From NCBI GenBank assembly GCA_030141605.1, contig JAQGDQ010000010.1, positions 620,001 to 684,000 of the forward strand: a stretch of DNA of 64,000 nucleotides, read 5' to 3'. The position numbers and the translations under genes are program-made. How positions within the stretch are numbered: position 1 is the first letter of the stretch; every line of letters starts with the position of its first letter. The notes below the pieces were generated by a model. The model made no database searches. It was not told the DNA's origin and saw nothing but the letters and a program-made list of their open reading frames with translations. The stretch is from Tubiluchus corallicola. Its lineage: Eukaryota; Animalia; Priapulida. Positions 1 to 12,700 of the stretch are shown here, one piece after another.

Positions 1-686
1 CATTTTCTCTGTTAAATTAGCACGAAACCAAAAACATAAAGAGAAAAAAGATTGAATGCAATTGTTATAACTTACAGACAAACGTTAAGCTTGCAAACTT
101 ATAAATATGCTTAATTTTTGATTATAGGCCGATTATAGGATGTCAGTTGGCTGGGCAAATTTATCTAGCTAGGCACAGCTTTTTTAATTTTGTAATTCTT
201 TTTTATAATGCATTAAATTTATACAGAAAACCATCAAAGAACCTTGAACAAAACTATTAAAAATTAAAAGATAACTTAGGATATGTCTTCCAGGTATAAG
301 TCATACTTGGACATTCAGAAAATTCGCAAGCAACTCTTATACCACACTAGATTAAATGTCAAAGGTGCACGAAATGTCAGTTATTACTATTATAAGTATT
401 ACTATTAATGACAAACGATAGAATGGAAAACGAATGTCAAAGCAATGTCCACAAACGATCTGCTCCATTAGAAATTCGACCCCTATATATAAAAAAACAA
501 CTTCAAATATAGTAACGGGTTTTTTGGAGCATAACCATCGAAATACTGCAATACTGAGAGTAGTACGTAATACAGTCTAACAACTACTAAATCATGAGCG
601 TTAAAAAAGTAAAATTAAGTAAAGAATAAATAGATAATATACTCCTAATTAAATTTTAAATGATTGTGTTGAATAAAAGCACTCAC

Positions 687-769
687 CGTTTTCCTGCATA
701 CGCAAAAGACGCGGAAGTATCTCCAAATTTTTGATTCTTTTTCCCAAACAACTTGGCAATCACTGCCAT
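687..769 (-). CDS. Possible first coding exon of an unidentified gene continuing off the left edge (MAVIAKLFGKKNQKFGDTSASFAYAGK...)
   Basis: Strong donor CG|GTGAGT at 686-681. Candidate acceptor tttgtctag| at 932 and upstream donor TGG|GTAGGT at 1097. Sequence is relatively GC-rich. A second frame (MHHGSDCQ...) is also open, and no family was recognised. Confidence 0.3.
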
Positions 770-1810
770 GATGCATCCATCATGTGACTGGCGACAGGGA
801 AGCGAAGAAAACACGAGTTTTGTAAGCTTGCTGCTGATTGGTTGAGTGTAGCGATCTGTGTCCTTTAGGCCTGCCGCCAAAGCAAAGCACGCAAAAGGGT
901 ATCAGCATCGATCAGTGACCGTTTAAGAGGCCTAGACAAATCAGAGATTTTCTTATTCACATTAAGCAGTCTGATAACAACTATATTATTGCTTTAGTCG
1001 ACCAGTCCCACCGCAACATGCATCAAAAATACCGTAGGCCAAATCTATCCTCGAAGGCGGGTAACGTTGTACGTTTCTGAAAGCAGAAAATACCTACCCA
1101 TAGAGTACTAGAGTCGAGATTGGATAACCCATCAGGTCTGAATTAGGGGTGTAACGCAGAAATCATGCTCATTGTTAAATACAAAAATTTCTTTTGTTTT
1201 TTTGACCAAAATATATTATACACTTTTATAAATGTCAATTTATGAAAGAAGCTTTTAGTCACGTTACTCAAATTTTCAGAATGTTGTAAACATCTGCAGA
1301 TTTAATGTACCATAGTCAAACAACATGTAAGAAACCCGTTATCTGTGCACCAATTTAGCAACCCCATGATCCACCTCTAGTCCCCACGCTATTTTCTCTC
1401 ATGCATCAAGGTTTGTGCAAGATTGTCTGCGCTACAGAAAAATTATAACCGGTGGGGACATGAATAAGTGCTGTGAAGGTGAATAATATTGAATTTTAAA
1501 TTTTCTGAGAACTCTTGCAAACGTTTATCGTTCGCCCACACAATGGAGAGGGCACAAGAAATCACAGACCAAACAGTATACAACCAAGAACTTCCAATAA
1601 AGTAAAAGATAATATAAACTATAGTCATCTTCTTTTTGTTATCCTTTCTCTAGTTTCATATCTATGTATTGTAACCATTATTCACTACTTATTGTTGATT
1701 ATATTATTAATAATGTTCTTTTGTAGTGTACCAAAGAGATAAATAAATTGAAATTCAATTGATCATTTTAATACTTTCACTTTAATGACCATCTTAATAA
1801 AATATATGGA

Positions 1811-1899
1811 ATGAGTTTACAATTACCCACACAAGTACACTAACCCTAACATTCATCCTAATCCTGATTTTTTGTGTGTGGGGAATTGTAAACTTTAGC
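1811..1899. repeat. Short dispersed inverted-repeat element with a CCCTAA-like internal spacer (second copy at about 32177-32287)
   Basis: Arms TTTACAATT(A/C)CCCACACA ... TGTGTGGGGAATTGTAAA followed by CTTTAGCC are shared with the 32.2 kb copy. Confidence 0.6.
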
Positions 1900-3739
1900 C
1901 AAATATTAAGCCGCAATTACCAATGTTGCAAAAGATGAAAAGCTTCAAAATAGCGCACTAACTTTCGTGTCAGCATTCATTGAAAGTTTAGCAACCTGCA
2001 GAGACCTTTTATATTGCTATAGTTGTATAACCATAAACTACTTAATAAACTACAGACAACATTCGCAGGCAAAATACGTCACTACCCCTGCTGGCTCGTA
2101 TGCTGTTCTAATATGATTTACGCATAATCTTGTAATGTTGAACCATGCCATTTAACAGACTAAACTACGTTCTGTAGTGTAATACGTCAAACTGTTTGTA
2201 ATTTTGAGATAATTCACCAGTTTTAACTGCATACAGCACAAAATATAAGTTTATTTAAACTTAAATTCTATGAAGAAATTATGTAAAAAAATGCGCTCAC
2301 TATTCAGAGCACACAATTAATACAGCATGACAAGGCGTATAGAGTAGAATAAACAAATCAGATGACATCAGAACATAACGGAACAGGGCAACAGCACAGA
2401 ACAGAATAACATAGTATCGGACAAGACAGGATCGAACAGCAAAGAAAAGAACAACAGTATAGCACAGGACAGAACAATACTGAATCTGGCAGCGCAACTC
2501 CTCTATTCAAACTCCTTAACCTGCAGAACGAGTCCAAAATGTTCGTTGTGTTCAGTTTAAACTTAAAAACACGAGTTTTAAGGTTAGAGTTACTTAGTCT
2601 TTGTTTTAGTTATTTTTACCTTTGACGAGAATGTTATGCCTCCACATTGTTTGTTTGGTTGTTCTTCATCTGTTATAAGTAAGTTATAAGTTTATTTATT
2701 TCCACTCTGCATCTAACAGTTATAATAAAAATACAGATAATTTCATTGAAGTAAATATAAATATAAATGCAATATTATCCAGATATTACAAAATGCAGCA
2801 TGTACATGTGCAAATTACATTACAGAATAATTTTGATGCATACAGTTTGATCTGTTATACAGTTATTGAGTAATCTTATTACGCAAAACCTACTTAACAG
2901 ATTTCCACGAAACTCCGAGGCGACAGTGGGTGGGAGGTAAGAAAGATGCATTTGATTGCAGATTTCTGGACAGAGGGAGGGGTGAAAATTGCGAAAATAG
3001 GCGTTTTTACGCCCGTAGTTTTTTTTTGCAAAACTTGACTGAAAATAAGGTACAAAAAACCGTGAAGCACTTCCTGGAGATCTCAGAGCGAGTGTTATAG
3101 TACTTTGGAAAAGGGAGGAAGATTTAGCAACAAGATAGGGTACTTCTCTTTCATTATCTCCATCAGGACAAACAACTACGAGGTAGTTCCAGGTTCCATT
3201 TTTAGAAATTCTCGCTTGGAAAGCTGTGCAACGCTGTCTATAATCTTTGTTTATGTATGTATATAACTTCATAAGCTGAGCTGACTTGGTATTAAGTACG
3301 TATCTTAGTCAGTCTATTACAATCAGCAAACGGTTAAAGAAATGTAGACAAATACTACGTGGAATATTCGTGATTATAATCCTATTTGGACGAAACATTT
3401 TGTGAATCTTTTGCTAGTCTATATGATACTTACACAGGTATATTTTTGTATGTTTGCTTGTTTATATTTGCTTTACGTTTTTGTAAATCAATAGAATCAG
3501 ATGGAACATGTTTGGCTTGATCTTCGACCATGGGAGAGATTTGCTGTCTACTGATCATATTCTAGCTTTATTACAGACATTATTTGCATCAAAATAATAA
3601 CATAATTTTTGTGTGCCTTTTTGCCTACATTCGTAATGTCCGTACCTGCTGCTGCTGGAACTACTAACAGTACAGTGGCCACAGCAGCAGCAGATATATT
3701 ACAAAAGAAAGCTGAAAGCTGTCACGGTACGTTGCATTA

Positions 3740-4130
3740 TATTTACAGATCCGTATAGGTAGGTAGATAAACAGGTAGGTAGTAGAGGCATGCAGCCAGC
3801 CAAATAAACACAATTAGAAAGACGTAGATAGACAGAGAGATGAAGATAGATACAAAACAAGAGACCGGCAAGCAGATAGTGTGGTAGCCGGAGGTGGGTA
3901 GGTCAGTGATAAGTCGGTTGGTAGACGGTAAAAAGGAGAGACAGATATAACGGATAAATAGACAGGTAGACTGAAATAGACAGACAAAGTGGGCAAGCAG
4001 ATGGATAGGTCCACCGACAGTAAAAAGGAGAGACACGGGTAATGCAGAAACAGACAGGTAGAAACAAAAAGACAGATAAAAAGGATAGTGAGCAGCTGAA
4101 AGGACAGATCAAATGATGGACAGAAGACAA
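3740..4130. repeat. Degenerate GACA/GATA/GGTA tetranucleotide low-complexity tract
   Basis: Purine-rich AGAC/AGAT/AGGT runs that produce spurious Leu/Ser/Cys-rich minus-strand ORFs. Confidence 0.7.
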
Positions 4131-4131
4131 A

Positions 4132-4270
4132 AATGTCCACTGGTCAAACCGGCCTAGTGCTCAAGTGTTTACTGCCAAAGTTAGCAGTTCAAACGGCCAC
4201 AATGTCCACTGCTCAAACCGGCCTAGTGCTCAAGTGTTTACTGCCAAAGTTAGCAGTTCAAGCGGCCACT
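4132..4270. repeat. Tandem duplication of an about 69-bp unit (2 copies)
   Basis: aatgtccactg(g/c)tcaaaccggcctagtgctcaagtgtttactgccaaagttagcagttcaa(a/g)cggccac occurs twice back to back. Confidence 0.85.
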
Positions 4271-4528
4271 ATCCAACTGTTTACTACCCTATAGTGGCCA
4301 TGCACTGCCTTAATGTCCTTTACCAAGTGAATGTCGTTGCTATTTTTGGTCAATCACAAAAATTATCCTTTTACTAAAAAGCTATTACTGACACCCAATA
4401 TCAACTTTAATTATCTATTGACAGTCTAGCAACCTGATAATTTGTATTTCATGCAGTACTTTTCTCTTTTTGATTAACTCATTTATTTATTTAGTCTCAT
4501 GTCGCACATTTATAACATAATATAGTAT

Positions 4529-4727
4529 CAAGGCCGTAGTCGGCGGTCCGGCCATGGCCGGACCACTTTTTCTGCCATACGTGCCTAGACATCTCCCCTT
4601 CATTATTTATATTATAACTCTGTATTATAAATTATAATATACTGTTCTATATGTTGCTGCTGTATTCTTCTTCTACCTGTTCCGTATCTGTGGCCGGACC
4701 ACTTTTCAAAAGCCGACTACGGTCCTG
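4529..4727. mobile_element. About 200-bp MITE (hAT-like termini, apparent 5-bp TSD)
   Basis: TIRs CAAGGCCGTAGTCGGC / GCCGACTACGGTCCTG; AGTAT on both flanks; internal TGGCCGGACCACTTTT present twice. Confidence 0.7.
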
Positions 4728-6267
4728 AGTATACAGTGCACAATTTAATATAACTGAATTGAGATAGGGTGACAAAAGACCATAATATGTCACCTTGCAG
4801 CCACCCCCTATTTATAAGCATTACTATTAGTTTAATTAAGCGATGCTAGTAGCGGATTGTGAGAGAGATTTATATAATTTATAATTAATCAGCTATATAA
4901 TAAAATCATATTAACAAACATTTGATTTGCTAGTATCTATATAACAAATATATAACACCCCTAGATGATGCAACATATAGTCGTATGCAATTAAAAATCC
5001 TCAAAAGCGAAAAGGCTAAAGCAAAATTCTCTTGCCGATTATGTTTTATTTTTTAAGTTCAACTACTATAATTATAAAAACTTGGATGAGAAATCTGCAC
5101 AACTTGATTATTGCACATACGAATAGAAAATATACATTCAAGATATATTTGCAACTTAGTTACTATTACAGGCTTAATACCACCTGAGGTCACAAGTGAC
5201 TACAGCTAACGCTACAAATGTTTATTAAAATGGTTTAGTTTCAACTATTAGCTCTAGCAACTGTGATTGCTGATTATATACATTCTGTTACAAGAAACAC
5301 ACATGAATGGAATGTGAGCCAGTATTTTTTATTATTTTATTATGTACTAAGAAACCAGAATAGTTTGCACTCACAAAACGTATGTCTACAACTATTTCAA
5401 GAGTTCAAATCCAGGCTGCATCCCAACTTTCACATTTTCTGTTTTCTCAATTTGGTATCAAAATTTAATTAATTCTGGGTTTGTAATATCGTTAACAATA
5501 CAATACTGTGGATGTACGTTAAAGCATGTGTTTACCACTGTGGAGGTAGTAAAAGTTAGAAAGGTGTAACACATTTGTTCTTAACATTCACCACAATCTA
5601 TAAATGTCAAAAACAAAAAGTCCAGTCCTAGAGCAACATAGTACACTTCTACATCAAGTAACATTTCACTATGCATTCACCACTTCATGTTACATAATAA
5701 ATGACAAAAAAAGTTTAACATGCCTAGTGGCAACTCTGTGACTCAAGTTTGATCTAGCTCGCTATAATTGTATCTACCATCCTTGCAGCCAGGTCAGAAT
5801 CCCATTCTTACTTATTCACGAATACCTATATGCTAAGAAATCTTAGTTAGTAGCTCAAAGAAATTTTACTATGCATAAATAATTTGTACTTTTCAAGAGT
5901 CTAATATTTTGTTACAAACGTGTTAAATAACTAAAATTAAGTTTCCTTTACATTTCATTATGTTTATTGTCAGCAAGGGAAACTTTTTCTGAAGTAAAAC
6001 TAATAACAAATTACAGTATTGGAAATTACACTAAAACCTTACTGTTCATACTGCCCAGTACCCACTACTGTGTACTAAGTAAGTACAGTTTAGGTGAACA
6101 ATAAATTAAAATCAATCACAATCGTTACATCTGCTGTACATCCATCTATAATTATTCAATAATTTAATAACATCACGGCATTCAGTTAAGAAATAACACG
6201 TATAAAAATTTCAGAATTATTTTCTGGAAGATTATTTAACTTATATAAAAAAGAATTTGACCATGTT

Positions 6268-6888
6268 TCAGTCTTGCTTCCCTCGAGATTTTGCTATATT
6301 TGCTTCTCGCCTTGCTTTGCGCTTTTTGTCCTTTTCTTGCGCTTCTATCGACTTAGCAAGCTGCCAAGATAACACAGCACTGATGGCAAAAAATGGTGAT
6401 AGACAAAGAAGTACATAGTAGATAAATTCCCATGGATTGTTACCTGTAAAATAAATTATGTTGCAATGTACGTTAAAAACAAAAGCATTCATAATATCCA
6501 TACTTGCAGTCGCTAAATCAGCCGAATAAATGAACTGGAAATTCAACCAGGAGCCAACAACTGTCCACATTGTTCACAAGCAAAAAGATTTGTATCTATG
6601 ATGGGACCAGATTATATCTGATTTTGTTAACAATTTTTAAGACATTATACTACTACTAGTAGATAAAACTATTGACTTTTAGCTAGCAAACACTTGATAA
6701 TATGCACAACAACAACCACTACAGCAAACAACAAAGTGTAAAGGAAAAGAAAATAAGCATTGCAGAATTAGGACTGATAATGATCACACTGCAAACAGCA
6801 AGGCTACAAGCAACAGATGAAAAAATTACTTACCAGCCCATAGCACAATGTCACGTAAATATTCCCGCCAGTCAAATCCCGCAAACAT
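6268..6888 (-). CDS. SMIM15: Small integral membrane protein 15 (76 aa), 2 coding exons: 6888-6834, 6443-6268
   Basis: Spliced product MFAGFDWREYLRDIVLWAGNNPWEFIYYVLLCLSPFFAISAVLSWQLAKSIEAQEKDKKRKARREANIAKSRGKQD matches the SMIM15 pattern (W-A-x-x-[DN]-P, SAVLSWxLAKxIEA, basic coiled tail). Canonical phase-1 GTAAGT...TTTTACAG intron. Confidence 0.92.
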
Positions 6889-8714
6889 TTCTGGATTGAG
6901 CTTTGCAAAATGTTTTTGAAAGGACTATAGTCAGGAAAACCTACAAAACATTAAAGTGCTAAACTGTCAAATACACGTTTGAAATTTATCAGATATTCTC
7001 AGCCTGTTAAATTATATTTATTAAAAACACGTTATACAACTGCATTCAAAAGGCAAATATAAATTGAAAAAATTGAAAATGTGGCAGTTTTTTATGTCAA
7101 ATTGACAGCACTAAAAATAAAGAATGAAATGAGGCAAAAATACTTCTAAGGAAAACAAAAAATTTAAATTAAAAACCACATTATTAATTAATCTGAAAAG
7201 ATTATTCAAAAGCAAGAAAACAGCCATTATATAGAAAATGTACGGAACAGAATTCTATGACAATATGCATTTCATTATGATGCATCAACAGGCTTGCACT
7301 ATTTTTCTTTTTTGAATAGCAATTATTCACAACAAAGAACTTACAAGATGTAATATAATAATTCTTGTTTATTCAAAGCTATTTAACAGCATTACAAGTT
7401 ATTTAACACCAGTTAACCAATTAACACTGTCACAGAGAAGAATTTGTTGAGGTAGGCTATTTAGTTAATTATGACCTAATCATAACCAATACACATAAGC
7501 ACATAAATTTTATAATTCCACTACAATAACGATAACACTTAAGTGACCTCAGAATGTGCTAACGAGCAGCAGGCCCTAATTATTAAATATGTGGGTGACC
7601 GTTTTGAAAACTGTTTCAGTGTAGCTTCATCTGTAATATCACCTCGAGCTATATTTATTGCAAAGATTGTCCAAATCTAAGTAAGACAAGCTGTCAGTTC
7701 ATAAACAAATTAACAGTTTTTTTGTTTTTAATGCAGAATACTCAGTAGTATAATTCTCAGAATACTCAGTAGTTGACTTGAGTATAAATAATTGAGAAAC
7801 TATTACAATACCATTATGGCCTAACACAATATGAAAGTTCTACAATATAGCAGTTTCCATACTTTGGTACTAACTTTAGTAGAAAATGGCACCAATGCTA
7901 TAAAAAGCGAGCTAGCAATGTTGATAATGTGCACGATGCATAGATGTTCCAAAGCTGTATTATACGTTATGCAACTTGTAACCAAGATTATTTCTGAAGA
8001 GATTTTAAATGAGCTAACTCCCAAAATAGCAATAATTATTTACATCATCTTTGTTTTGTTATATATGCAATTACCAAGCTTGTAAATCAAAACGGAATTG
8101 TGATTATAATCATCACGTTTTTGGTAAAATTTATACTAACGGTGAGAAATCTGAAAGTTTAATAAAAAACTGATTTGCTGACATCGCAGGATGCCATCAA
8201 TAATCAGTACAGAATATGCAAGCCGTGTTGTGACTGCCACAATGTCATATAATTTAGCAAACAAGAAAGGCACAATACTTGCACAACATACAAATACTTA
8301 TCCTGTAGTTATTGAGCTATTAGTTATCAGTCACCCATTTATATAGACAAATATGTTTATAAGTGATCAAAATTAATTACACTTACAAACTTACAATTAC
8401 AAAGCCAATTAACAAATTTTTCCAGCCAGGCTAATGTAGGCTATTTGCACTTTCAGCATTGTATGTTACCAATTCAGTAAACGAAATACACAACATGACA
8501 ATTTAATGTCACATGAAAAACTAGCAGGTTTCCCACTTCCATAACTATACCATGTACAGATATTCCACAAAGCTAACTAAGTTTAATAGCTATATTATTG
8601 CTATTACACTTATAAAAAACTAAAATAATACCCAAAGGAATAAGAACAAAATTAGCAACTGAATCCTGAGTGATGGTGACTCAAAACAGCACACAGTAAG
8701 GTTCAAGTTAAATA

Positions 8715-8908
8715 CAGTCTCAAACCTCGTGATAATGCCCCACCCCTTTATTATGCCAACCTTGTTTAATGCCCAAATTTTTAGTAAAACAAAATATTTA
8801 TATTTGCATAGACATGAATGTATTAATGCATCTCGTTATAATTCCATCCTCGCTATAACGCCAACTTTTTTGCAGTCCCAGAGTAGGCGGTATAAACAGG
8901 TTTGACTG
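8715..8908. mobile_element. Short pogo/Tigger-like (Tc1-mariner) MITE, same family as 38700-39547
   Basis: TA|CAGTCTCAAACCTCGTGATAATGCC ... GGCGGTATAAACAGGTTTGACTG; lies 17 bp beyond the zinc-finger gene's stop codon. Confidence 0.6.
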
Positions 8909-8925
8909 CAACATGGCCTCAACTC

Positions 8926-9783
8926 CTAAGCCTCATGTTCAAGTTCTTGAGCATGTGCTAGAAGACTAGTCAACTGTGGAAAACCTTTATGGCATGTGTA
9001 GCACACATATTTATTGTGTGCAACATGAGATTTTTCATGAAGCTCCAGTTCGTCAGCTGTGAAAAAAGATTCACCACAATAACAGTTGAACGGTTTGAGA
9101 ACAATGTGAGTTAAAGCATGTTGTTCTAACTCTCCCAATCTTGCAAACTGCACCCCACAAATTTGACACGCATGACATTCATCCCTAAAATGATCATTTG
9201 TTTCATGTGCATGTAACTTGATGGAGGAATTGTACTCATTGTCGCACCAACGGCATCGGAAATGACATGCCAATGTCTCACGCGAGGAGGCACTAGCATA
9301 TGCCGATGACTCGCGTGATGAGGCACTAGCACTGTCCTTCAATACCTCAGTAGACATTGTTCCTTTCGTATCCATGGCATGGGCTTGCATAGCCTTTTTG
9401 TTTCCCTCAGGAGATGTGTTCACGGCTGAATTCTTTGTTTTTGACTGTTTCACATCCAAAAGCTTTTGTTGGACTGAGCGCCCCCACATTGGAATAATGA
9501 GCTCTGCTTCTGCATCAGCTAAAGAAATGCGTTTGGATTTGGGCAATGCCATTTCTGTTTCAAAATGTGTTTTCTCATGACTTGTAATCTGGCCAACATC
9601 TTGTAGGTCTGAAGGAACTATCTTTATGACTGAAGAACCCATTTTGGAAGAGTCTGTTGAATTTTGTCCTCGTGAAACTAACACCTTACAATGATTAAGT
9701 AAAGCATGTCTGATGAACTCATGTTCCGTGTCATGATATGACGAACAAACGGTGCACTTGAAGTATACCAGACCAGTTTCCAT
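8926..9783 (-). CDS. C2H2 zinc-finger protein (285 aa, single coding exon): one N-terminal finger plus four C-terminal fingers
   Basis: Fingers FKCTVC...HALLNH, FRCRWC...HETNDH, HACQIC...HALTH, FNCYC...HEKSH, YVCYTC...HAQELEH. The 858-nt ORF is uninterrupted in AT-rich DNA, and splice acceptors (ttttcag / ttttag) lie just upstream of the ATG. Confidence 0.85.
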   Translation of the reverse strand: METGLVYFKCTVCSSYHDTEHEFIRHALLNHCKVLVSRGQNSTDSSKMGSSVIKIVPSDLQDVGQITSHEKTHFETEMALPKSKRISLADAEAELIIPMWGRSVQQKLLDVKQSKTKNSAVNTSPEGNKKAMQAHAMDTKGTMSTEVLKDSASASSRESSAYASASSRETLACHFRCRWCDNEYNSSIKLHAHETNDHFRDECHACQICGVQFARLGELEQHALTHIVLKPFNCYCGESFFTADELELHEKSHVAHNKYVCYTCHKGFPQLTSLLAHAQELEHEA

Positions 9784-12700
9784 TCTCTAAAACTGAAAAT
9801 GAAACTCGAAGTTGCTTTTCATACATTTATTTTGAAATTTATTTGGCAACAAATATCAATACATGTTTACGTTTATAAGAAAATTACGGAGAGAAACAAG
9901 GAGTGAAAATATAAATGAAAATGTCACATTTTACATCCATAATAGGCCAAACAAACAATAGTGAAAAAATGCTGTTCCATATAACTACATTTTGTACACA
10001 ATACAAACAACTGGGTTTGCTGAGTGGAAAAAGCATTTTCTGGTGGAGTTTTACAACAATCGCAATCCCAATTCAAAAATTCACTCAGTCAAGAAACAGA
10101 ATAATTTTAAGCACCCAATTAATGTCTTCAGTTGCAGAAAATGAATTGCTTCCCCACCATTGTATATTAGTGTACAGGGCTTATGATTTGGGACTCGAGA
10201 CTTAAGATTGAGTTGCAAAATTGAGAGACTTAGAATTGACTTGAGGCTCGTTCCCTTTGGGGCTAGACTTGAGATTCAACTAAATAACTCCACTCACATC
10301 ACTCGATAGTTTGATAGTATGATTATTATTACTGTAAATATTTGGCAGTTTATCTGCCCTTCAAAAATTACAAAACAGTACAGGCCTAAAACGACATTAC
10401 TATACTTTTTAATCCATTTAAAACCATCTGCATTAAAAATTCAACTGATTGCAGTTATTATGTACAGAAAAAAGTGATTTTTGAAGAATATATAATATCT
10501 GTAAAGCCATTTTATCATTTCAAACTTCAAAGGGGGATGTCAAAGTAATGCATAATAAATAACTCAAAAAACAAAATTTAATGCAAATTAAAATAAATTC
10601 TCTAACTTCAGACAGTTTATAAGTTGACTTTTTCTTCCATTCAAATTGCTTTGAGACTATATGACTGTGATATTATACTCAAACTCCCATGCCGAATCTT
10701 AGCAATTTCAATTTTTTGTAGGCTGAATACATATGCAACTTATAATATAATTATACTCTTATGCAATAAATTCTCACTTAAAAATAGTTATGATGACACA
10801 TGTTGGCTAATTCTAATTAATTACTTGTCAAACTGTGCATAACAATTAGGCAGTACATGTCACCAAAACTTCTACTACTAGCTGCCAGTTTAAAGCCACA
10901 TTAGACTGTAATGGAGTCCGTTTACGACTGAGCTATTTTTAGCTACTGTTTTCACTTTAAGACTTAAAAGCTTACATTGTTTCTATATTCATGAAGAAAT
11001 TACCAATTTACCATGGGACTGTAAATGTGATAGTACCAAAAATCGTCTCTCTATGGTAATTTAAAATTAATGCATAGCTAATGCCAACGATATAATTTGC
11101 ATATATTTCCTTACAATACAATGTGTCTAGTAGTCCTGGGAGTCCCATTCAAAAATAAAACCTGGGAGTTAAATAATAGTTTCTTCACATCTCATGAAAA
11201 TGAGAAATTTCTCAATGCATGTACTACTGCAGTAATAATAATCATAGTCAGCCGCCAGCTGACTAAGATAGATTGTTGCTGTAGTATAGTGCAGATTGTA
11301 TTGTCATATTAGTGACTAGTAGTGTTCTGTTTGTTACTTTTAAAAAATAATTTTCCACAGTTACTGAGTGTTTTGGGAAAATTGGGATCAAACTACTCAT
11401 CACTTGCTGATTAGTTATCACTTTTGTGTATGAATTAAACTTGTTTGAATGATACTTTGGTGAAAATTATGCACCTGTTTGGCCTTAGTAAAATGAGAGA
11501 ACTACCATGCATTAATTGGTATATAGATAGTTTTTCAGCAAAATTAATTGCAGCATTTTTACTGACAAGCAACTCAATCAGCCAAAACAGCTAGAAAAAA
11601 CATACTGACTGTTAAAAAACCAAGCCAGTGAGCAAACCTATTCAAATTTATTTATCTTTTCTAAGTGACATTTTGAAAACTTGTGTCTTACACTATCAAG
11701 CTGCAACTTTTGCCAGGCAGAAAGTACCACATGTGATCACAGAATAAGAACTGGTGTCCCAAGAGACTATGTGCACATGATTACGTCTGGTAATCACCCA
11801 ACAAATGCTCCTGAACCTTTTTTCTCAACCAGTATATAGTACTCCCAAACTGAACATTCTAAAGACCTTCCTTAAAATGACAAAGATAAAAATACCCTTT
11901 GACTAAAGCGAAAAAATCTCATAGCTGTATAATAAATAATAAATTATAATACTTTTTAAGATCAGCTCAGATTGTAGTATTTCGCTCATGAAGATACCCA
12001 AGAATTCAATGGAAATGAATGAACTTTACCTGCACTGCTAACAAAGCAATAATCCACAAATAAATAGTAAAAAGTTGAAAGTGTTGGATCAACCAGCACT
12101 AAAAAGGCACGAAAAAAACAGATGCACAAAATCACAATCATACAAACTTTTCATCAGTGACTTAAGGAGGCCCACAGATTAGTACAGTAAAAGTGTTGAT
12201 CATCTAAAAGTTTATAAATTACAACCATTGAGCAAAAAAGGACACTTGGGTGAAAATCTATATTAAGAAGGTACGGAGAACAAAGCTACTTACATGTGCA
12301 TCTATCGAATTTAAGAAACCTTGTTAGACCAACATGTACAAGTCTTTTATGCAATAACTTAACATTTGCAACAGTAACTAATGGCGAATCATTTACAGAA
12401 GTCGGCAGTGAGTTCTATATTGGAACAACACAATTTGAGAAAAATTCATGAAAATGAGTCTTACATGTACACCTTACAAAGAGTTTTAACGAGTGATTAC
12501 TCTTAGTTTTCTTATTTAAAGCTTTGGTAAAAAATTAATTCCCTGCTTAAATCAACATCCTTATGCACGATTTTGTAACCAGAGGATCTTCGTTCAAAAA
12601 TTCGTTTACAAAATGTTTACTTTTACTTTACTTTACTTAAGTTTATTTACAGCATTCCATCTTAGTAAGGAGTACAGCATTTGCATCAACATTAAAATTA

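Noticed and set aside
2820-3272. 150-aa minus-strand ORF
   Set aside because: No recognisable motif and no convincing splice partners; left unannotated.
3743-4140. Overlapping hydrophobic ORFs
   Set aside because: Produced by tetranucleotide low-complexity sequence.
6444-6570. N-terminal part of the 100-aa ORF 6268-6570
   Set aside because: Intron read-through; the true N-terminus comes from exon 6888-6834.
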